Shown in pieces: positions 55,994 through 64,000 of a stretch of 64,000 nt of DNA. Each line of letters begins with the position of its first letter. Positions within the stretch are counted from its first letter, which is position 1. The notes beneath the pieces are model-generated. The model did no database searches. It saw only the letters and a list, made by a program, of their open reading frames with translations, and was not told the origin of the DNA. Both the position numbers and the translations under genes were made by a program. Source of the DNA: the human T2T-CHM13v2.0 reference genome, Homo sapiens; assembly GCF_009914755.1 (NCBI RefSeq), contig NC_060930.1. One strand, written 5' to 3'.

Positions 55994-57924
55994 AGGGGGT
56001 CCAAAGAGGGGCCACCAGTGTTTACTCCACACTGCTGCCTCCTTGGCAACGGGGGTAATTCCTTTTTTGCTCCAGAAACATGGGCAGATGTGGTTCGCAA
56101 GGTGTGCTTGGAGGCGTGACAAAGGCTGCTCCAGGAAGATGAAGAGGTGGGAGGTGTGCATGGATCGTGGTAGCTGAAGGTGTTGTGGGCAGAAAAGTCC
56201 TCAGAGGAGGCAGGGCCTGTCTGGGGTTGGAATGAGTCAGCGTCATCCGTAAAGGCCAGTTGCATCATGTCTAAAAGTAGCCCGCAAGTGTTGGGGCCAG
56301 CTCCCCACTTTGAATTTGTGAAAGACTTTGTAATCCCACGTCACCTAGCCACAGGCACTCCAGTATTAGAATCACAATATGTGAGAGCCAAAAGAGACAT
56401 GAAAATCAACTGTTCAACCCTCTTATTTTACAGACGAGAAAAAAGAGACCAAGAGGGATTTGATGTCAGGCTTACAGTTTGATTACACCCTCCGAAAACA
56501 TCATAAATTTCTGCTGTTGTTCTGTGGTGACACTCAAAAGACTATCCTTGTCATTTTCAAAAGGTGTCAGGTTTCCTACGTGGGACAAACCTCTAATTTA
56601 CAAGCTAGCCTCTTCACGATGCAGCCTCTTTCGGTTCATTTTCAGTTCATCGTTGGCCACTGAAAATTTAAGATCCCTGCGGTGTGAAGGAAGTGTTAAA
56701 CTATACTGTTAGTGGAAGTAGGTTGTGCTAAATTGGATATCTGCAAGCAGCTTTATGAGCCATAAAAGTCAACATCTTTCTTTCATTACCTTTAAAGGCT
56801 GTTTACAGAAAAGATAAGGCAGGCCCAGCTCAGGGTACCCATTGAGAATTAGTGGGAGGATCTGGTAGGAAGGGATAACAGGAAAGGATTCAGAATCGAT
56901 GACCAGGCAGTGGAGACAGTGGCCTATGGACACAGGGACTAGCATGTCATTTATTTCTTCAGGAGCCTGCTTGTCACACTGATGTGGGACCAGGCTCCAG
57001 ATGAAGGACCCAGTCAGAAAGGCTGTCATAGCTGGCTTCATTCTTCCTAACCCATAGCTGGTTTCACGAGCAGCCTTCCCACCTCGGGGTGGCATTCATT
57101 TCATAGATCTTGTCAACACTTGGTAAAAACTTAAAAAACCAGCCTATCTTATGCAGTACATTCTTTCGGGTTCTCCATAAGTCCTCAGTGTTTTCAGTCT
57201 GTTTCCTACCTCTCTTAACCAAAGCTGGTATGGTGCGGGTTGCACATTCACTTACAAGGAAAATACACATCCTCCTTTCATTTTCCTGTTCAATGATTTG
57301 CATTTCTCTAGAAGACTCCCACCTCATTGGGTTACTGGGGGGAAGGAGAGTGAGTGAGAGAGGAAGGAATACAAAAATGGCTCTAATCCATTCCAAACTA
57401 GTGATCTGTTCATAATGATATAAGAGCTAAAAGAGAGCTAAGTATGTGTAAGGTACTCTTAGGCATTTAAAAATGTCAGTTCATTGAACAATCATAACAC
57501 AATTTTATGGGTACAACGATGAACCTCTTAGGACAGATCAGGAAGCTGAGGCACAGCAAGGTTTTATGACAAGCCACACAGTGAGTAATTGGTGGAGTGG
57601 GAGCCTCTTTGATGACACATAAGTGATCAGCCTTTGAGAGTTCCCCTCAACCCCCTTGCTCTTTTTGAATGTGACATCTAGGAAGACCCAGGGTAGGGCT
57701 GTAGTGAAAGAGAAGAGGACTGGTCCTTAGATTCACATGGTGGCCTCTGCGTCCTCCCTGGTCTCTGTAGTAGAGTGGTTGACCTCAAGGGCTACCTGGC
57801 CTGGGACCACCTGCCTGGCATTAAAAATGGGCATTAGCCCTTCAACAGAAATGGGCCATCTTTACAAATCAACACAACGTGTAAGCACTGAGCTTATGCT
57901 CATGAGACTAGCAGAACGTGTTTG

Positions 57925-58745
57925 GAGACATGAACAGACACTTCTTACAAGACATACAAGTGGCCAAGAAACATATGAAAAATTGCTCATCATTAATCAT
58001 CAGGGAAATGCAAATCAAAACCACAATGAGATAACATCTCATACAAGTCAGAATGGCTATTATTAAAAAGTAAACAAATAAGAGATGTTGGTGAGGCTAC
58101 AGAGAAAAGGGAACACTTACATACTGTTGGTGGAAATCTAAATGAGTTCAGCCACTGTGGGAAACAATTTGGAGATATCTCAAAGAACTTAAAACACTAC
58201 CATTTGACCCAGCAATCCCATTACCTGGTATACACCCAAAGGAAATTAATGGTTCCACCAAAAAGACACATGCACTTGTATGTTCATCACAGCACTATTC
58301 ACAAAGTGCAAAGATATGGAATCAACCTAGGTGCCCATCAACAGTGAATTACATAAAGAAAATGTGGTACATATACACCACAGAATACTATGCAGCCATA
58401 AAAGAGAATGAAATCATGTCCTTGGCAGCAACAGGGATGCAGCTGGAGGCCATTATCTTAAGTGAATTAACACAGGAACAGAAAACCAAATACTACATGT
58501 TCTCACTTATAAGTGGGAGCTAAACATTGGGTACACATGGACATAAAGATGAGAACGGTAGACACTGGGGACTACTAGAGAGGGGTGAGAAGAAGAGGGG
58601 CAAGGGTTGAAAAACTAACCGTTGGGATACTATGCTTGCTATGCGGGTGAAGGGATCATTCATACCCCAAACCTCAGCATCATGAAATAAACCCAGGTAA
58701 CAAACCTGTACATGTACCTGCTGAATCTTAGTAAAAGTTGAAAAA
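57925..58745 (+). mobile_element. L1PB-type 3' end
   Basis: aaaagacacatgcacttgtatgttc and ccccaaacctcagcatcatg 3'UTR motifs. Confidence 0.85.
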
Positions 58746-58769
58746 GTAAAGAAATAAGTTATTTTTTAA

Positions 58770-59181
<412 letters not shown>

Positions 59182-59624
59182 CCCATGGGAATTCAAGGAT
59201 GAGGAGTATAGCTTTCCCCTTACAGAAGTCCATTCAAAATTCACTAGGATGACCCAAGGAGTCAAGTTTCAAGAAACAATGTCTTAAATTACTTAGAAAT
59301 ACTGTAGTATTTGCCACAGGAGTTATAAATGTGTGTAAGTAGAAGACAGAAATCAATTCCAGTTCTGATGTGTGAATAAGAGCAACCTTTGGCAAAGAGG
59401 CAGAGGCTACATGTATTCTTCATGATCAAACAAGAATATAACTGCTAGAAATTGTTTGTCAATGTACAGTGGGGTTCCTTCGAGAGAATCTTTGGCTGAG
59501 AGGGACCCCATGAGAAGAACCCCATGATTTAAACCTCCAGGAATCTCTTCAAGATTATTGATAACTAACAATTAGATGGTATATTTTGATTCTGAATATG
59601 CAAAGAGAAGTACAAGGAGAATTT

Positions 59625-60365
59625 TACCCACTAAAGAAAAATTAAACATTTAAATCATCGTTTGTATATCCATGTTTATGGCAACATTATTCACAATAGC
59701 CAAAAGGTGGAAACAACCCAAATGTCCAAGGGATAAATAGGTAAACAAAATGTGGCATATACATAAATGGAGTATTACTGAGCCTTGAAAGGGAAGGGAA
59801 TGAATAATAAGGAGTGAAGAAATAATAATAAGGAAGGAAGGAAGGAAATTTGGACACATACTACAACATGCATGAAACTTGAAGACATTATGTGAAGTGA
59901 AATAAGCCCGTCACAAGACTAATATGGTGTGATTTTACTTATATGAGATATCCAGAGTAGTCGAATTCATAGAGACAGAAGTGGAATTATAGTTGCCAGA
60001 AGCTGAGGGGAGAGGGGAATAGGGAGCTATTGTTTAAATGGATGTAGAGTTTCAGTTTTGCAAGATGAAAAAGTTCTTCTGGGGATTGGCTATACAGCAA
60101 TGTGAATGTGCTTAACCCTACTGAATTGTGCACTTTAAACATGGTTACTTCGCTGGTAACCATTAAACCACTAAAATGGTACTGAACTCTATAGTTTGAA
60201 ATGGTTACTTAATGCTATTAAATTGTACCCTTTAAAATGGTAAATTTTTGCAGTGAGCTGTGATTGTGCCACTGCACTGCAGTCTGGGCAGTAGAGCAAG
60301 ACCCTTTCTCAAAAACAAAAGGTAAACTTTATGTGTGTCTGACCACAGTTAAAACTAAAAAATAA
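59625..60365 (+). mobile_element. L1MB 3' end containing a short Alu 3' fragment (60249-60320)
   Basis: acaatagccaaaaggtggaaacaacccaaatgtcc and gtttcagttttgcaagatgaaaaagtt. Confidence 0.8.
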
Positions 60366-60402
60366 AAACATTCATCTCATCAAAACTGAAATGTGCAGTT
60401 AA

Positions 60403-60746
<344 letters not shown>

Positions 60747-61633
60747 TCTAGCTCCCTATTCTTAAACCAGTACATTGTGAAGCATAGGTGATTGCTGTCA
60801 ATATTATTTCCCAGGAATTTAAGAAAGGAAGTTCTACCTGAATTCAGGTCTATGTAGAAAGTTCTCTTGGTCCTAGCATACTGAGATAGGTGAATTCAGT
60901 AGTGAAGGCCTAGTGGGTATTTTAAATTGGTGATCACCTCAGCTTCCTTGCCAAATGCAAGCATCTATATTTTGTACTGCAGTCTCTCTCCTTGGTTGCT
61001 CGTCAAACAGTGAACTTCAGGGTATGCTAGAGCCTCACCATATCTCTGCTTCCTGCCACTTGTCTGCCATTGTTTTTGTAAATCGCATCCTGGGTCACAA
61101 GGGCATCTGAGTGAGAGTGTGGTGTGGTGAGCGCCAATCAGGCAGGGCCAACCATCAGGGCTCAGAAAACTTTGTTCTCTTCTTGAATTAAAGGATGAAT
61201 GAGGCCGGAGGGTGCATCTTGCACCCATGTAGAAGATGGTCCGTGTCCCCAGCCTGCACAGAGACTGACAGCATCCTTTTGGAGGCATCATGGCGGGTAG
61301 TCATGCTCTATACCACAGAGTGTACATGGGCCTATGCTAGCTGAGGACCACCCTCTTGAATGATGACACTTTCACACCAAAAATGACCTCATGCTAGCAA
61401 CTCCCTACTGATCTTTACTGTCCTGCCAGCCTATCTCCTGCCTTCCGACAGGAAGCGATGGTGGAAAAGCTGTCTCCTCCCAGCACCAGCACCAAGCAGC
61501 GTCAAGCATGTCTGCCACGTTGGCATTTGTCTGAGTTGGGCTCAAGTGGCGAGATCGCTTCTTTCTGGGAATACCCCAGTGTTCAGTACGTTTAGAGAGA
61601 GATGTTCCTGCTTCATGTTTAAATTGGGGATTG

Positions 61634-62500
<867 letters not shown>

Positions 62501-63921
62501 ATTTACAGTAATGTTTCAACCAACATGGTGGAAAATGGGCTAAAACCTTTTTGGAGTGGTATTGGTTCTGTTCTACATTTCTGTGTCCTCCAGGCCCCGG
62601 ACCTGTCCAGCCAAGGCCCAGAAACCCAGGCACCAAGTCCCATCCCTCCCTTTCTCTCCTCCCCAGTTTCTCACTGCCCGCCCCCCCAACTCTCCCTCCC
62701 AAAGCTGAAAATATCCTTTTAAGCACATGAACCTGGAGAAGTTAAGCATTTTGTGCATGCAAGGTTATCCAAGTGAGCAGAGGGAGGGCTGGAGCTAGAG
62801 TTCCTGATCCCTAATCCAGTGTCCTCTCTGAAAGAGTTATTCTAGAGTCGAATCGCTAGGTTAGAAAGCGTGGAGAGAAGAGCTTTGGAATTAGAACATG
62901 AAGCTTCCCGCACTGCTGGCAGCATTTACGGGCTGTTTCCAAAGAAACCTATCAGCCTGTCAACGTTCCCACAGCCCCTCTTACCTTCCCGGTGTCACAG
63001 GCACCACAATGTGCAGACAAATGCGCTTCTCACAACCTCCTCAGCCAGGAGCTATCCAGGCAGTGTTTCATGTCTCCTGTCCAAAGCGTATGATGGCAGC
63101 GAGTTCCAGGCAGCTGCACCACGGCACTGGCTCTGTGAACTATGCTGTCAATTTTTATTTTAATCCTCCTTTATTCACAGTTTGATTTCATTTAGGATTG
63201 GCCTCACTTCCTGTTCAAATCCCAGGCCTGTGGCCCCACTCTCACTGGCAGAACTGCCTAGTCGTCACTACAAAGAGAGAACTCTGCCCTAGACTCTCGT
63301 AGAGGAGTTTGGCTTTTGTGTTAACTCAATCTTCCTGGGCAGCTCGCAGTCCTAAAGCAGAAGTCAAGAGACAGCGACAAGGAATTCCATCTTTGCTTTC
63401 TGTTGCTTGGAGCTATGCTGATTTGGAAATATTTATTTTTTTTCTTTCCCATATCTGGTTTGCTTTCTCGTGTACGTGAGGAGTAGGAATAAATACACCA
63501 CGAGCAGATATCTGAAATGATCACCTCCTTGAAAATATTTGAAAAGGGAGATTAATAAAGCATTCTGAATCTGCCCTTGGGCTGCTTGTCAAGTGAGAAA
63601 ACACATTTTTTGGTAAAGGACTCCTCTCAGGTCGAATGTGAAGGCTGGAAGCTGATCTTTTCAGCAAACACAAAATGGAAATCTAGTATAGGAAACAGAA
63701 GCGGAGCCGGCGAAGCCCACTGGCCTTCATTTGCAGCGTGGCATCCTACAGTGACCAGCAGGAGGAGGTCAGCCTCGGCAGGGAAGGGCCATGAGTGGCT
63801 TTCTGTCTGGCTGCCTCAAGGGAACACCCCTGAGAGCTGTGGCTGTTGCACTTACATTCTCTGCTTTATTTGATGTAAACCCACCCTAAATGTCTGCCTC
63901 TTTGCAAAGCTCATTTACAGT

Positions 63922-64000
63922 TGTTTGTTTCTTTGTTGAGACAGGGTTTCACTCTATCGCCCAGGCTGGAGTACAGTGGTGTGAACATGGCTCACTGCAG
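63922..64000 (-). mobile_element. Alu 3' end cut by the window edge
   Basis: gagacagggtttcactct...ggctcactgcag. Confidence 0.85.

Noticed and set aside
55664-56268. Overlapping 165-aa and 111-aa minus-strand ORFs as a processed pseudogene
   Set aside because: No recognisable protein, polyA tail or TSD; open frames are explained by GC richness.
60836-60849. 14-bp palindrome ACCTGAATTCAGGT
   Set aside because: A few such palindromes are expected by chance in 64 kb.

Overview
Primate (human-like) genomic DNA from the 3' end of CDKAL1 (6p22.3, recognised from the encoded peptide). Positions 1-22978 are the distal part of the last intron. The terminal coding exon (22979-23170, + strand) encodes the C-terminal tail-anchor segment DFRNGLGNQ...LRMSVGLALLGLLFAFFVKVYN*. 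The 3'UTR contains two antisense Alus and ends near an AATAAA at 24508. The remaining ~39 kb is intergenic. Much of the window is interspersed repeats (about 25 Alu/FLAM elements, L1M/L1PB, L2, MIR, MaLR LTRs, hAT/Tigger elements, a near full-length HSMAR2). None of the supplied ORFs looks like a real gene. Best leads: (1) a 29-35 bp pri-miRNA-like hairpin at 7677-7755 that pairs fully on the CDKAL1 sense strand; (2) an orphan, CpG-eroded YY1/ETS/NRF1 promoter with a 5' splice site at ~55.7-56.0 kb; (3) an Alu target-site duplication that duplicated an AATAAA in the 3'UTR; (4) two candidate in-frame alternative exons that would remove the ER tail anchor; (5) an unexplained 33-bp dispersed duplication. 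Repeat subfamily names are from recalled consensus sequences and boundaries are approximate. No new multi-gene system can be supported.
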